This document shows, in pieces, positions 35,206 to 44,736 of a stretch of 64,000 nt of DNA. The notes under the pieces were generated by a model. That model had not been told where the DNA came from. It did no database searches and saw only the letters and a list, made by a program, of their open reading frames with translations. A program made the position numbers and the translations under genes. How positions within the stretch are numbered: position 1 is the stretch's first letter; the number at the start of each line of letters is the position of its first letter. This DNA comes from a virus. The stretch is from positions 2,293-66,292 of IMG/VR virus record IMGVR_UViG_3300020463_000019, one strand, 5' to 3'.

Positions 35206-35913
35206 ATGATTTTTATTAGTGCTCCATTTGGAAACTACTTACAATTCAAAAATGCAATTAGTGTTGCAGGAACTTTTACTGTATTGCCTCGTAAAGGAAG
35301 ACTAAAACAAATAATAAAAACACTACGTTATGTAAAAACTGATGCTGGCTGGAGTTGGCGAAATAAATTAGGATTACGAAATCCAGGATTGAGTGTTGCA
35401 CAAAGGACCGTAAACTTTGATAAGATCCTTAGTGTTGCCGCAATAGACGAGACAGATTGGACAAGTATATTCAATTCAATTAGTGCAGATCGCAACATAG
35501 AATTAAATGTAAGTTGTCCCAACTTAGATTCACACAATGATACTACTACTTGGCAAGACTTTGATAAGTTTCCACGTAAGATGAGAAACAGATATTGTAT
35601 AGTAAAAATACCTCCTAATGCAACAGAAGAATTTATAGATAACATAGTTGATATGGGTTACAAACAGATACATGCAAGTAACACATTACCCACAGAGAAA
35701 GGTGGACTAAGTGGCAAAATATTAATGCCTCATACACTTGGAATAATTAGATACATAAAACAAAAACATCCTCACATTGAAATAATTGCAGGTGGCGGAA
35801 TCACTACATCCAAAGATGCAAAAATTTATAAGGGTGCAGGAGCAAATCATATAAGTCTAGGTAGCGTATGTTTTACTCCTTGGAAAATAAAAAGGATTAT
35901 AAATGACAGTTGA
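35206..35913 (+). CDS. pyrD: Dihydroorotate dehydrogenase-like FMN enzyme (short)
   Basis: 'NKLGLRNPG', 'ELNVSCPN', 'VKIPP', 'SNT', 'GGLSG', 'IAGGGI'. Confidence 0.7.
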   Translation: MIFISAPFGNYLQFKNAISVAGTFTVLPRKGRLKQIIKTLRYVKTDAGWSWRNKLGLRNPGLSVAQRTVNFDKILSVAAIDETDWTSIFNSISADRNIELNVSCPNLDSHNDTTTWQDFDKFPRKMRNRYCIVKIPPNATEEFIDNIVDMGYKQIHASNTLPTEKGGLSGKILMPHTLGIIRYIKQKHPHIEIIAGGGITTSKDAKIYKGAGANHISLGSVCFTPWKIKRIINDS

Positions 35914-36688
35914 TTTATTAGTAACCTGCGGCGATAGTTTTGCTTGTGGCAGTGGACTACCAGATGAAGATGCATTTGAAAAAAGTTATGCAGGTTTGAC
36001 AGCCAAAGACATTGGAGTAGAACAAAAAGTATTAGCAAGACCAGGTTGTTGTAATTACATAATTTTCTTACAAATTAAATGGGCAATAGAAAATTTAACA
36101 CAAGCAAATAAACCTTTTGTTTTAATTACAATGACTAATGCGGCTAGAACGGCCTGGTACAAGCCTTTCCAAAATAAACCTTCAGGTGTATCACCTAGCA
36201 TTGAACATTTGAATTATCAAGACTATCCTCCTTATGATACGCACACCCGGAAGACTATGCGTAGACCAATACCTGTGCAGACTGATAACAGTCTACAAAG
36301 CGAAACATTAACTAACTTAGATACGTTTCTAGATGAAAGTGCAGTTGCGGCATGGCCACAATTTAGTCACGAACCACAAGCAAGAATTAAAACATTAAGA
36401 GATTGGGTAGCAGACTTTTTTAACTTTGAAATTAAAAATGATTATGACAATGGAATACTAGCACAAGGACACTTGTTGTTGAAGAAACATAATATACCAC
36501 ATTTGTTTATGGGTTGGCAACCACAGTTTGGGGATCTATTACCTGAGGAAAATTATGTAGCAGTTGACTGGGGATATTGGAGTCAAAATTACCCAGACGA
36601 TAGAGGTACAGGACATTGTGATTATCGAGGACACGACTTAGTCTACAAAGAAATCATCAAGAAAGTAAAGGCACAAGTAAATGATTAA
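35903..36688 (+). CDS. SGNH hydrolase-fold protein
   Basis: 'CGDSFACG', 'GCCN', C-terminal 'GHCDYRGH'. Confidence 0.6.
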   Translation: MTVDLLVTCGDSFACGSGLPDEDAFEKSYAGLTAKDIGVEQKVLARPGCCNYIIFLQIKWAIENLTQANKPFVLITMTNAARTAWYKPFQNKPSGVSPSIEHLNYQDYPPYDTHTRKTMRRPIPVQTDNSLQSETLTNLDTFLDESAVAAWPQFSHEPQARIKTLRDWVADFFNFEIKNDYDNGILAQGHLLLKKHNIPHLFMGWQPQFGDLLPEENYVAVDWGYWSQNYPDDRGTGHCDYRGHDLVYKEIIKKVKAQVND

Positions 36689-37427
36689 AACATTATATAC
36701 TAACGGAGATAGTTGGACATTTGGACAAGAACTGAAGGATGATGAAGCAGATCATTTAACACACAAGTTTTATAATAGTTGGCCATGGCATCTAAGTCAG
36801 CATCTTAGAATACCACAACTTGTAAATGATGCACTGGGAGGAACAAGTAACTATCGCATACTAAGACGTACACTTGATTATATTCAAAACTATAAAGGCA
36901 AGTACAAAGAACTAATGGTAGTAGTTGCATGGACAACATATGAAAGAAAAGAAGTACCAGTTGAGATTTTGCGTAAACATAATAACGGGCACACTGCTTG
37001 GGAAGAAAACAATTTAGAATATGTAAGTGTGTTAATGAATAGTGTGCCAGATGTTGACACCGGCGATAGTGTAGTTGATAGAACAATATTAGATTGGCAT
37101 AAAACAAGTACAATGTTAAACAGTCAACAACACAATGCTAAAGAATTTTATAATCAACAATGGACATTAAAACATGTATGTAAAAGTCTAGGCATTAACT
37201 TATTACAATGCTATGCACTTGATAATCCAGAGTTTGCAGGACAAACTGCAAACAAAGAATGGCTTGAACAAATCATGCCTTTGCCCACAAGTTTAAACAG
37301 AATGTTAATGGCGATAGAACACGAACAAGATGTACGAGCACCACTGCGGCACCCTAACGAAGAGGGCCATAAATATATAGCAGAGCAAATACAATCTCAA
37401 ATACCCTTTTTCAAAAATTATACATAA
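36681..37427 (+). CDS. SGNH hydrolase-fold protein
   Basis: 'NGDSWTFG', 'GTSNYRI', 'RHPNEEGH'. Confidence 0.7.
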   Translation: MIKTLYTNGDSWTFGQELKDDEADHLTHKFYNSWPWHLSQHLRIPQLVNDALGGTSNYRILRRTLDYIQNYKGKYKELMVVVAWTTYERKEVPVEILRKHNNGHTAWEENNLEYVSVLMNSVPDVDTGDSVVDRTILDWHKTSTMLNSQQHNAKEFYNQQWTLKHVCKSLGINLLQCYALDNPEFAGQTANKEWLEQIMPLPTSLNRMLMAIEHEQDVRAPLRHPNEEGHKYIAEQIQSQIPFFKNYT

Positions 37428-37437
37428 TGGAGTAGTT

Positions 37438-37560
37438 ATGTTATTAGTACATAAAATCAAACAATTGTTTAACGATACAGTTTATAGAATTAGACTTGAA
37501 ATTGCTTATCGTAAAAAATTAAAAGAAATCAAGAAAAAAGATCCGTTCATCTACAAATAG
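37438..37560 (+). CDS. 40-aa basic peptide (not in ORF track)
   Basis: GGAG RBS; MLLVHKIKQLFNDTVYRIRLEIAYRKKLKEIKKKDPFIYK. Confidence 0.6.
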   Translation: MLLVHKIKQLFNDTVYRIRLEIAYRKKLKEIKKKDPFIYK

Positions 37561-37568
37561 GAGGCTTT

Positions 37569-37796
37569 ATGGCTGACATTATAGATTTCAAACCCAAAGA
37601 AACAGTTTACATATTAAATTTTACTAGTCCTAGTCCTGTTAAAATGACAAAGTCAGGAAAAGAAAAAATTGCATTAGAGATTCGTAAGGTTGATGAAAAC
37701 CATGGAGTAGGACAAGCATGGGTACCTGCTTTAAACATTAGAGAAGCAAAGAGCAAACTTTGCAAAATGATAGAAGTGCTAGAGTTTCAAGACTAA
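37569..37796 (+). CDS. Hypothetical protein
   Basis: 75 aa, GGAGG RBS, TAATG-coupled to the next gene. Confidence 0.6.
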   Translation: MADIIDFKPKETVYILNFTSPSPVKMTKSGKEKIALEIRKVDENHGVGQAWVPALNIREAKSKLCKMIEVLEFQD

Positions 37797-38518
37797 TGAA
37801 TATTATAATTGGAATGGCAGGAGCAGGTCGCAGATTTGCTGACAGTGGCTATACTTTACCTAAACCCTTGTGCCGTGTAGGTGATACTACAATGATACAA
37901 AAGGCAGTTGATAGTTTAGGTGTTGAAGGCAAATATATCTTTGTAGTTTTACATGAACACCTATTACAGTACAAATGGTTAGAAGCACACTTGGCAAGTC
38001 TTGCTAGGTACGTTACTATTGTAAAACTTGATGAAGTAACTGAAGGTGCCGCTTGTACTTTACTACATGCAAAACAATACATAGACACAGATGAACCCTT
38101 GATCAGTATTAACAGTGATCAAGTTTTACATTGGGATAGTAAAAAGTTTATAGGCAAGTGCAAGGAAGAACCTGATGTTTCTTGGATAATGACTTATCCA
38201 CATACAGATATCAAACATAGTTTTGTTAAAGTTAATGAGTACGGAGTGGTTATCGAAACTGCTGAAAAAGTTGCTATCAGTGAAATGGCTAGTGTAGGTT
38301 TATATCATTGGAGTAAAGGAAGTTTATTTGTTGAAGGTGCAGAACAAATGATTGCAAACAATGATAAACACAACAATGAATTTTATATTGCACCAGTTTA
38401 CAACTACACAGTCAAAACACATTTAGTGAAGCCGTACCAAGTAGATGCAACTAACTTTAGTCCTGTTGGGACGCCGTCAGACCTTGCAGTATTCAATAAC
38501 AAGTATTACAAAAAGTGA
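37796..38518 (+). CDS. Sugar-phosphate nucleotidyltransferase (NTP_transferase family)
   Basis: True start MNIIIG at 37796; 'MAGAGRRF..PKPL', 'TEGAACT', 'NSDQ', 'EFYIAPVYN', 'GTP'. Confidence 0.8.
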   Translation: MNIIIGMAGAGRRFADSGYTLPKPLCRVGDTTMIQKAVDSLGVEGKYIFVVLHEHLLQYKWLEAHLASLARYVTIVKLDEVTEGAACTLLHAKQYIDTDEPLISINSDQVLHWDSKKFIGKCKEEPDVSWIMTYPHTDIKHSFVKVNEYGVVIETAEKVAISEMASVGLYHWSKGSLFVEGAEQMIANNDKHNNEFYIAPVYNYTVKTHLVKPYQVDATNFSPVGTPSDLAVFNNKYYKK

Positions 38519-38631
38519 AAAAAGATAAACTAGGCACGCAGACTAGACGTCTTAATCGCAAACTTAAACACAAAGCAAAACGCAAAGGCAGAATAGATTT
38601 TAGAACAAATAGACCAGGAAAAAGAAAATGA
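38515..38631 (+). CDS. 38-aa very basic peptide (not in ORF track)
   Basis: GTG start overlaps the upstream stop and TGA overlaps the downstream ATG; MKKDKLGTQTRRLNRKLKHKAKRKGRIDFRTNRPGKRK. Confidence 0.6.
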   Translation: MKKDKLGTQTRRLNRKLKHKAKRKGRIDFRTNRPGKRK

Positions 38632-38882
38632 ATGTTGAAGATTTACAATTCACAAGAGATAAAGATCAAGATATATGGAGAACATATTTAAATATTGGTT
38701 CGTATAAAATGATGATAGGATGGTCAAAGTTTGGCAATGATTACATCATAACAATTACTGAAGATAACAAAATGGTTAATATAGAAAATGTAAACCCAGG
38801 ACCAATGATTACTTCAGGATTATCTAAAGAAGTATGTAATAAAAGAATAGAAAATATGTATGCATATGTGAACGAACAATGA
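38628..38882 (+). CDS. Hypothetical protein
   Basis: 84 aa, coupled at both ends. Confidence 0.55.
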   Translation: MNVEDLQFTRDKDQDIWRTYLNIGSYKMMIGWSKFGNDYIITITEDNKMVNIENVNPGPMITSGLSKEVCNKRIENMYAYVNEQ

Positions 38883-39208
38883 AAAAGTATAAACTAGATG
38901 ATATGAAAGGTGGATGGTTTGTAGGTAACTTTGAACCTAGCGTAATGAAAGCAAACTTTGAAGTTGGAATTCATCGACACACAAAAGGAGAGTTTCATCA
39001 GGACCACTTTCACAAAAAAGGCACTGAAGTAAATGTTATGAGAAAAGGCAAACTAAAGTTAAACGGAGAAATATTTGAACCCGGAGATATTTTTATTCTC
39101 TACCCTTACGAAGTTAGCCAAGTAGAATACCTAACCGATGTTGAACTTACAGTAGTAAGAGATATGAGTGACCCTGACGACAAATATATGTTTGACATTA
39201 AGGACTAA
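38879..39208 (+). CDS. Cupin (RmlC-like) protein
   Basis: 'GWFVGNFEP', 'HFHKKGTE' HxH..E metal motif, 'PGDIF'. Confidence 0.75.
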   Translation: MKKYKLDDMKGGWFVGNFEPSVMKANFEVGIHRHTKGEFHQDHFHKKGTEVNVMRKGKLKLNGEIFEPGDIFILYPYEVSQVEYLTDVELTVVRDMSDPDDKYMFDIKD

Positions 39209-39220
39209 AGAAAGTATAAT
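39192..39220 (+). promoter_or_regulatory. Perfect consensus sigma70 promoter; probably a leaderless transcript
   Basis: TTGACA (39192-97), 17 bp, TATAAT (39215-20); ATG at 39226 with no RBS. Confidence 0.8.
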
Positions 39221-39225
39221 AAAGT

Positions 39226-40371
39226 ATGTTAGATATATACGTTGATAGCGTTGACCCAAATGAATATTTTACAGTAACCTACAAACTTGAAGGTAACGAT
39301 TTAAACAGAGCCGCCTTTGCACTAGCAGTAGGACAAAGTGTAGGTAACCCAAGTGTTCGTAATGAATATGAAACTCCTGAACTTATTGATCAGTATAGTG
39401 CTAAAGTAATTGGCCACCCAGACAAACTTGCAGGAAAGTTATCAGGAATAGTCAAGATTGCTTGGCCATATAGAATTATTGACTGGGAAACAGATGGCAT
39501 AGCACAATTACTTTGTGTTGTAATGGGTGGACAAATGGACATTGATTATATTCACAGGTGCGAATTATTAGAACTAGATATTGATAGAGACTTGTGTGAT
39601 GCAGTGGAACCACGCTACGGACTTAATGGTATGCGACACTTAACAGGCAACTACAACAAACCGTTGCTGGGTAGTATTGTTAAACCTAAAACAGGATTAA
39701 CAGGCAAAGCATTACAAGAAATTGTAAGTGCATTTGTAGAAGGTGGTGTAGACTTTATCAAAGAAGATGAGATTATGGCCAATCCAAGTTGCTTGCCTAT
39801 TAAAGAAAGAATATGGCTAGTAGAAGATGTACTAAAAGGTAGCAACGTTGTTTACTGCTACTGCATCAATGCAGATCCCTTGCATGTATTAGACAGAGCA
39901 AAGATGGTAGCAGACAGAGGTGGTAACGGAGTACACATCAACTTTTGGAGTGGACATGGCGTATACAAAAGTATTAACAAACTTGACTTACCAATATACA
40001 TACACTATCAAAAAAGTGGTGACAAAGTATTAAGCAGTACAAAGAATGCTTATAGAATTGCTTGGCCAGTATTGTGTAAACTTGCAAGCCTCAGTGGAGT
40101 CGATACTATACACACGGGCATGTGGGGTGGATACCTCAGTGACGATGAAAATGAATTGCGGCGGACTATGCTTATGCTAAGTTCAAACAATACTGTACCA
40201 GCATTAAGTTGTGGTATGACTGCTGAACTAATACCTGAAGTAACAAGACGCTTTGGTGTAGACTATCTAGCAAACGTTGGTGGTGCTATACATGAACACC
40301 CAAACGGCTTGACGGCAGGAACAAGAAAATTAAGAGATGCAATTGATAGAGAAGATAGGTCCGTAAGATGA
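39226..40371 (+). CDS. RuBisCO-like protein (form IV RLP)
   Basis: 'KPKTGL', 'GGVDFIKEDE', 'IHTG', 'PALSCG', 'VGGAIHEHP'; several carboxylation residues are substituted. Confidence 0.88.
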   Translation: MLDIYVDSVDPNEYFTVTYKLEGNDLNRAAFALAVGQSVGNPSVRNEYETPELIDQYSAKVIGHPDKLAGKLSGIVKIAWPYRIIDWETDGIAQLLCVVMGGQMDIDYIHRCELLELDIDRDLCDAVEPRYGLNGMRHLTGNYNKPLLGSIVKPKTGLTGKALQEIVSAFVEGGVDFIKEDEIMANPSCLPIKERIWLVEDVLKGSNVVYCYCINADPLHVLDRAKMVADRGGNGVHINFWSGHGVYKSINKLDLPIYIHYQKSGDKVLSSTKNAYRIAWPVLCKLASLSGVDTIHTGMWGGYLSDDENELRRTMLMLSSNNTVPALSCGMTAELIPEVTRRFGVDYLANVGGAIHEHPNGLTAGTRKLRDAIDREDRSVR

Positions 40372-41069
40372 ATTATGCCTTTGATGTAGATGGAACTCTA
40401 GGCGAAGCAAGACAAATTATGGACCCAGACTTTAAGCGTTGGTTCATGCAATGGATGCGTGGTAAGAACGTTTACTTAGTTACTGGCAGCGATCGTGCCA
40501 AAACAGTTGAACAAATTGGCCAAGACCTTGTTGATAGATGTACAATGTCATTTCAATGTGCAGGTAATAGTGTATGGCAAAACGGTGTAGAAGTTTCTAG
40601 CACAAAACTCAATGTGCCGCCAGAGATGATTCACTTTCTGGAAGAAAAGGTTGCCGCTACTAGTTACCCGGATCTCTATGGAAATCATATTGAAATCCGT
40701 CCTGGGCTAATCAACTTTAGTATTGTTGGCCGAAACGCTGTCGGTAACCAGAGAGATGATTATTATACTTGGGATCAAAAACACAAAGAGCGTGAGCAGA
40801 TAGCCGAAGAGTTTAATAATAGATTTATAGGCTTTGAAGCCGAAGTAGGTGGAAATACAAGTTTGGACATACACTTAAAAGGACGTAACAAAGCACAAGT
40901 ATATGATGTTATAGGTGCACCGTTGGTGTTCTTTGGCGATAGAATATTTCCCGGAGGCAATGACTATCCATTGCATTGTAGAATGATTGGTCCACAAGAT
41001 AAAAGTCATCCAGTAACAAGTGCAAGTGAAACTTGGAACTTATTAAAAGAATACTACAACCATGTCTGA
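40368..41069 (+). CDS. HAD-family (eukaryote-type) phosphomannomutase
   Basis: 'FDVDGTL', 'VTGSD', 'EIRPGLINFSIVGRN', 'FFGD..GGNDY'. Confidence 0.8.
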   Translation: MNYAFDVDGTLGEARQIMDPDFKRWFMQWMRGKNVYLVTGSDRAKTVEQIGQDLVDRCTMSFQCAGNSVWQNGVEVSSTKLNVPPEMIHFLEEKVAATSYPDLYGNHIEIRPGLINFSIVGRNAVGNQRDDYYTWDQKHKEREQIAEEFNNRFIGFEAEVGGNTSLDIHLKGRNKAQVYDVIGAPLVFFGDRIFPGGNDYPLHCRMIGPQDKSHPVTSASETWNLLKEYYNHV

Positions 41070-42417
41070 GGGCATTGATCCACATGAGATGAAAGCCAAA
41101 CTCAACAGGATTGGATCCGGATTCTGCCTAGCAAAGTGGACACAACTTACACTAAATTTACAGAATGGTACTGCACACAGTTGCCATCATCCTCCTGTAC
41201 ACAAGATACCTGCAGAAGAATTAAAAGATAATCCAAGCGCCTTACATAATACTAAACACAAAAAAGAACGCAGGAAACAAATGCTCAACGGTGAACGACC
41301 AAGCGAGTGTGACTTTTGTTGGCGAATAGAAGATGCTGACAAAAATGCACTAAGTGATAGGCATTATAAGTCGGCTTTTAGTTGGAGTGCAGACCAGTTT
41401 GATCGTATAGCATACAGCGATTCAACAGTAGACTATCAACCCTCTTATGTGGAAGTAAGTTTTTCACATGCGTGTAACTTTAAGTGTATGTATTGTTCGC
41501 CAAGTATAAGCACAAGTTGGATGAAAGAAGTAAAACAACATGGTGCCTTCCCTACTACTGATCGTTATAATAACATAGAGTGGATAGAGCAAACTGGAAA
41601 GATGCCGATACCAACTCGTGAGTACAATCCTTATGTAGAAGCATTTTGGAAGTGGTGGCCTAGCCTATACAAAAGTTTACATACGTTTCGTATTACTGGA
41701 GGTGAGCCATTGATGAGTAAGGACACGTTCCGTGTTATGGAATGGATACTAGAAACAGCCTCGCCAAATAAAAATCTGTTGTTAGGTATCAATAGTAACT
41801 TTGTTGTTGAACCAAAACTGTTTGAACGTTTTATTAATCTTACACAACAAATGCTTGACAGTAAACGTGTAAGAAAGTTTGAAATTTATACTAGTGCTGA
41901 AGCAAGTGGAGTTCGTGCAGAGTATATTAGATCCGGACTTGACTATCAAAAATTTTTAAGTAACATACATCGTGTGTGCAATTTATTTGGAGCAAGAGAA
42001 GATTTTACACTTACTTTCATGTGTACATACAATGCACTAAGTCTAAGTACGTTTACTGAATGGCTAAAAGATTTAGTTGAAGTTCGTAAGCGTTATGGTC
42101 TGTATAGCATTTATATTGATGTTAGTTATGTACGTTATCCGGACATGATGGATATTAAGATACTTCCTGAATCATTTGAAAAGTATATACATGAGTCTAT
42201 TGCTTATATGGAAGAACAAGAGGCAAACGGATTAATGCACAAAAGCGAAACTGCAAAGTTAAAGCGTATTGTTTCCTATTGGAAAAGTACAAGAACAGTT
42301 AATCAGGATACTCATCAAAGAAACTTTAAAGCATATACTGCGGAACTTGATAAGCGACGCAATACTTTGTTCTCAGATGTTTTTCCGGAATATAGTGCAT
42401 GGTATGACACAATTTAA
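41062..42417 (+). CDS. Radical SAM enzyme with N-terminal Twitch/SPASM-like domain
   Basis: CNFKCMYC, TGGEP; N-terminal C..KW / SCHH / CDFC. Confidence 0.85.
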   Translation: MSEGIDPHEMKAKLNRIGSGFCLAKWTQLTLNLQNGTAHSCHHPPVHKIPAEELKDNPSALHNTKHKKERRKQMLNGERPSECDFCWRIEDADKNALSDRHYKSAFSWSADQFDRIAYSDSTVDYQPSYVEVSFSHACNFKCMYCSPSISTSWMKEVKQHGAFPTTDRYNNIEWIEQTGKMPIPTREYNPYVEAFWKWWPSLYKSLHTFRITGGEPLMSKDTFRVMEWILETASPNKNLLLGINSNFVVEPKLFERFINLTQQMLDSKRVRKFEIYTSAEASGVRAEYIRSGLDYQKFLSNIHRVCNLFGAREDFTLTFMCTYNALSLSTFTEWLKDLVEVRKRYGLYSIYIDVSYVRYPDMMDIKILPESFEKYIHESIAYMEEQEANGLMHKSETAKLKRIVSYWKSTRTVNQDTHQRNFKAYTAELDKRRNTLFSDVFPEYSAWYDTI

Positions 42418-43594
42418 TCAAATTTATATAAATAACATTGTAGATGGTTTAAACGATATGGTTATAGATGCAACGTCTATAACGCCAGCAGTATCAGCTA
42501 CTGGAACAATTTCTATCAAACAAACCTTAAAAAGTCTACTTAAAAATCAAGATAATCCCTATTTTATTTTAAATGGGCCATGCGAATGGTTTGAGTCTTG
42601 GTCGGATTCTAGGATTAACTTCTCAGGCCAAACAGTTGATTTCTTCTTATATGAAGTTTTGCATGTTTGGAATAACAACAAAAGATGGGATTGCCCGGAA
42701 GGTGTTATAAATGAAGATTGTGTTATCAACGAGTTTGAAATGGTCGATCGTTGGTGCAAAAAACATAATTGTTCATATAGGATATTTGTTAACGAATTTA
42801 ACATGCTCCAATCACTCCAAAATACAAAATACGCTAACCGGGCAATCCAACACTTAGATACTTTTAGTCTAGCATATTATACAAACATTAAAGATGCTGA
42901 CACAACAAATCTAAAACATAATATTTCATATAAACTAAATTGCTTTACATATCGATGGGATCAGATTCGAATGTTAGCATCAGCATGGCTTACAGGAAGA
43001 AATGATTGTATAGTCACACACTATCACAAAACTGCCGGGGTTAAATACAAGTGGCCAATTAAGGATAGCATACATTGGCAAAAATTAATTAACAAAAGAA
43101 ACTTACTACAATGTATTGGTCCTCTTGCCCTTGAGAAACATTTAACAGAAAAGTTTGACCCAGCAGAGCATGTGTTGCCAGTTACAAAAGAACACTTAAC
43201 TACAGACTCAATTGAGGACTACTACCTTAAAAGTTTTGCTAGTTTAGTATGTGAAACAAACTACGAATATCCATGGGGACAACTAAGCGAAAAAACTATT
43301 AACGCTATACGATTTGAAAATGCATTCATATTACTTGCAGGGCCTGGTAGTTTGGAACAAGCAAAGTCCTGGGGCTTTAAAACTTTTAACCAATGGTGGG
43401 ATGAAAGTTATGATACAATAATCAATCCATGTCAGCGTATGGACGCAGTATTAAACATAGTTGATACTATTTTGAATTATACATATGACGAGCTCCAAGA
43501 AATTAAAAAGCAAATGGCTCCTACACTTTTACATAATAGAAATATAATTCGCACAGGTGAGTTAAGACAAAACATAATGAAGGAAATAATATGA
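42404..43594 (+). CDS. Putative GT-B-like glycosyltransferase
   Basis: Likely start MTQFNQ at 42404; C-terminal 'LVCET..LSEKT..GFKTF..WWDESYD' resembles the GT10-type 'TEK' region. Confidence 0.45.
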   Translation: MTQFNQIYINNIVDGLNDMVIDATSITPAVSATGTISIKQTLKSLLKNQDNPYFILNGPCEWFESWSDSRINFSGQTVDFFLYEVLHVWNNNKRWDCPEGVINEDCVINEFEMVDRWCKKHNCSYRIFVNEFNMLQSLQNTKYANRAIQHLDTFSLAYYTNIKDADTTNLKHNISYKLNCFTYRWDQIRMLASAWLTGRNDCIVTHYHKTAGVKYKWPIKDSIHWQKLINKRNLLQCIGPLALEKHLTEKFDPAEHVLPVTKEHLTTDSIEDYYLKSFASLVCETNYEYPWGQLSEKTINAIRFENAFILLAGPGSLEQAKSWGFKTFNQWWDESYDTIINPCQRMDAVLNIVDTILNYTYDELQEIKKQMAPTLLHNRNIIRTGELRQNIMKEII

Positions 43595-44736
43595 ATATTG
43601 GATGGCTTGGATTAGGCAAGTTAGGTATGCCTTGTGCAGAAGTTATAGCAGACAAAGGGCATAGTGTATTTGGATATGATGTAGAACCAGTAAAGAGTAA
43701 AAAGGTTACAGTCGTAGATCATCCTAGTAGAGCAGTACGTGATATGGATTTTGTTTTTGTTGCAGTACAAACTCCACATGATCCACTATACGGTGGAGAA
43801 CAACCAATTACACATTTACCAAACAAAGACTTTGGACTCGACAGTGTTAAAGAAGTATTAAGTACTATTGATGCATATGCAACAAAAGATACTATTGTTG
43901 TATTGATTAGTACAGTATTACCTGGCACTACTAGGCGTGAGTTTGCAAATTTAATTACCAAAGGTAGACTGATTTACAATCCATACTTAATTGCAATGGG
44001 TACAGTAGAATGGGATATGGTTAATCCAGATATGGTTATTGTTGGTGGTGAAAAGCCTAATGATACTGATGCTAAAAAATTAATAAAATTTTATAAAACT
44101 ATAATGGAAAATGATCCACACTATAACATTGGTACTTGGGAAGAAGGTGAAGCAACAAAAATATTCTACAATACATTTATCAGTGCAAGACTTAGTTTGG
44201 TTAATATGATACAAGACGTTGCACAACGTACAGGTAATATGAATGTTGATGTAGTAACAAACAGTTTATCAAATGCAGGCAAACGTATTACAAGTGCCGC
44301 ATATATGAAAGCAGGAATGGGTGATGGTGGCCCATGTCATCCTAGAGATAATATAGCATTAAGATGGTTAGCAGATAGATTAGATTTAGGATATAATTTA
44401 TTTGATGCTATTGCACATAGTAGAGAAGTACAAGCAAAGCACTTGGCTACAGAACTATTAAAGCATAGTCCTCGTATTGCATTAACAAGTACAAGTTACA
44501 AAGATAGTGTAGAAATTGAAACAGGAAGTTATGCACTATTAGTTGCACATTATGTAAAAGAACAAGGTGGACTGATTGTTGATATTGATAATATGGCAGG
44601 AGTCATACTTCGCGTACATGAAAAAGATAAATTCAAAACAAAAGACTTTGACATTGTAGTAGATCCATGGCGTACATATAAATCAACAAACCCAACAGTA
44701 AAGGTTATACACTATGGTAATACTAGACAAGTATGA
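43591..44736 (+). CDS. ugd: UDP-glucose/GDP-mannose 6-dehydrogenase family
   Basis: 'GLGKLG', 'VQTP', 'STVLPG', 'KIFYN', 'GDGGPCHPRD'. Confidence 0.85.
   Translation: MNIGWLGLGKLGMPCAEVIADKGHSVFGYDVEPVKSKKVTVVDHPSRAVRDMDFVFVAVQTPHDPLYGGEQPITHLPNKDFGLDSVKEVLSTIDAYATKDTIVVLISTVLPGTTRREFANLITKGRLIYNPYLIAMGTVEWDMVNPDMVIVGGEKPNDTDAKKLIKFYKTIMENDPHYNIGTWEEGEATKIFYNTFISARLSLVNMIQDVAQRTGNMNVDVVTNSLSNAGKRITSAAYMKAGMGDGGPCHPRDNIALRWLADRLDLGYNLFDAIAHSREVQAKHLATELLKHSPRIALTSTSYKDSVEIETGSYALLVAHYVKEQGGLIVDIDNMAGVILRVHEKDKFKTKDFDIVVDPWRTYKSTNPTVKVIHYGNTRQV

Noticed and set aside
39226-40371. True CO2-fixing RuBisCO (rbcL)
   Set aside because: Only 381 aa, apparent loss of the E60, H294 and K334 equivalents, and no rbcS or phosphoribulokinase nearby.
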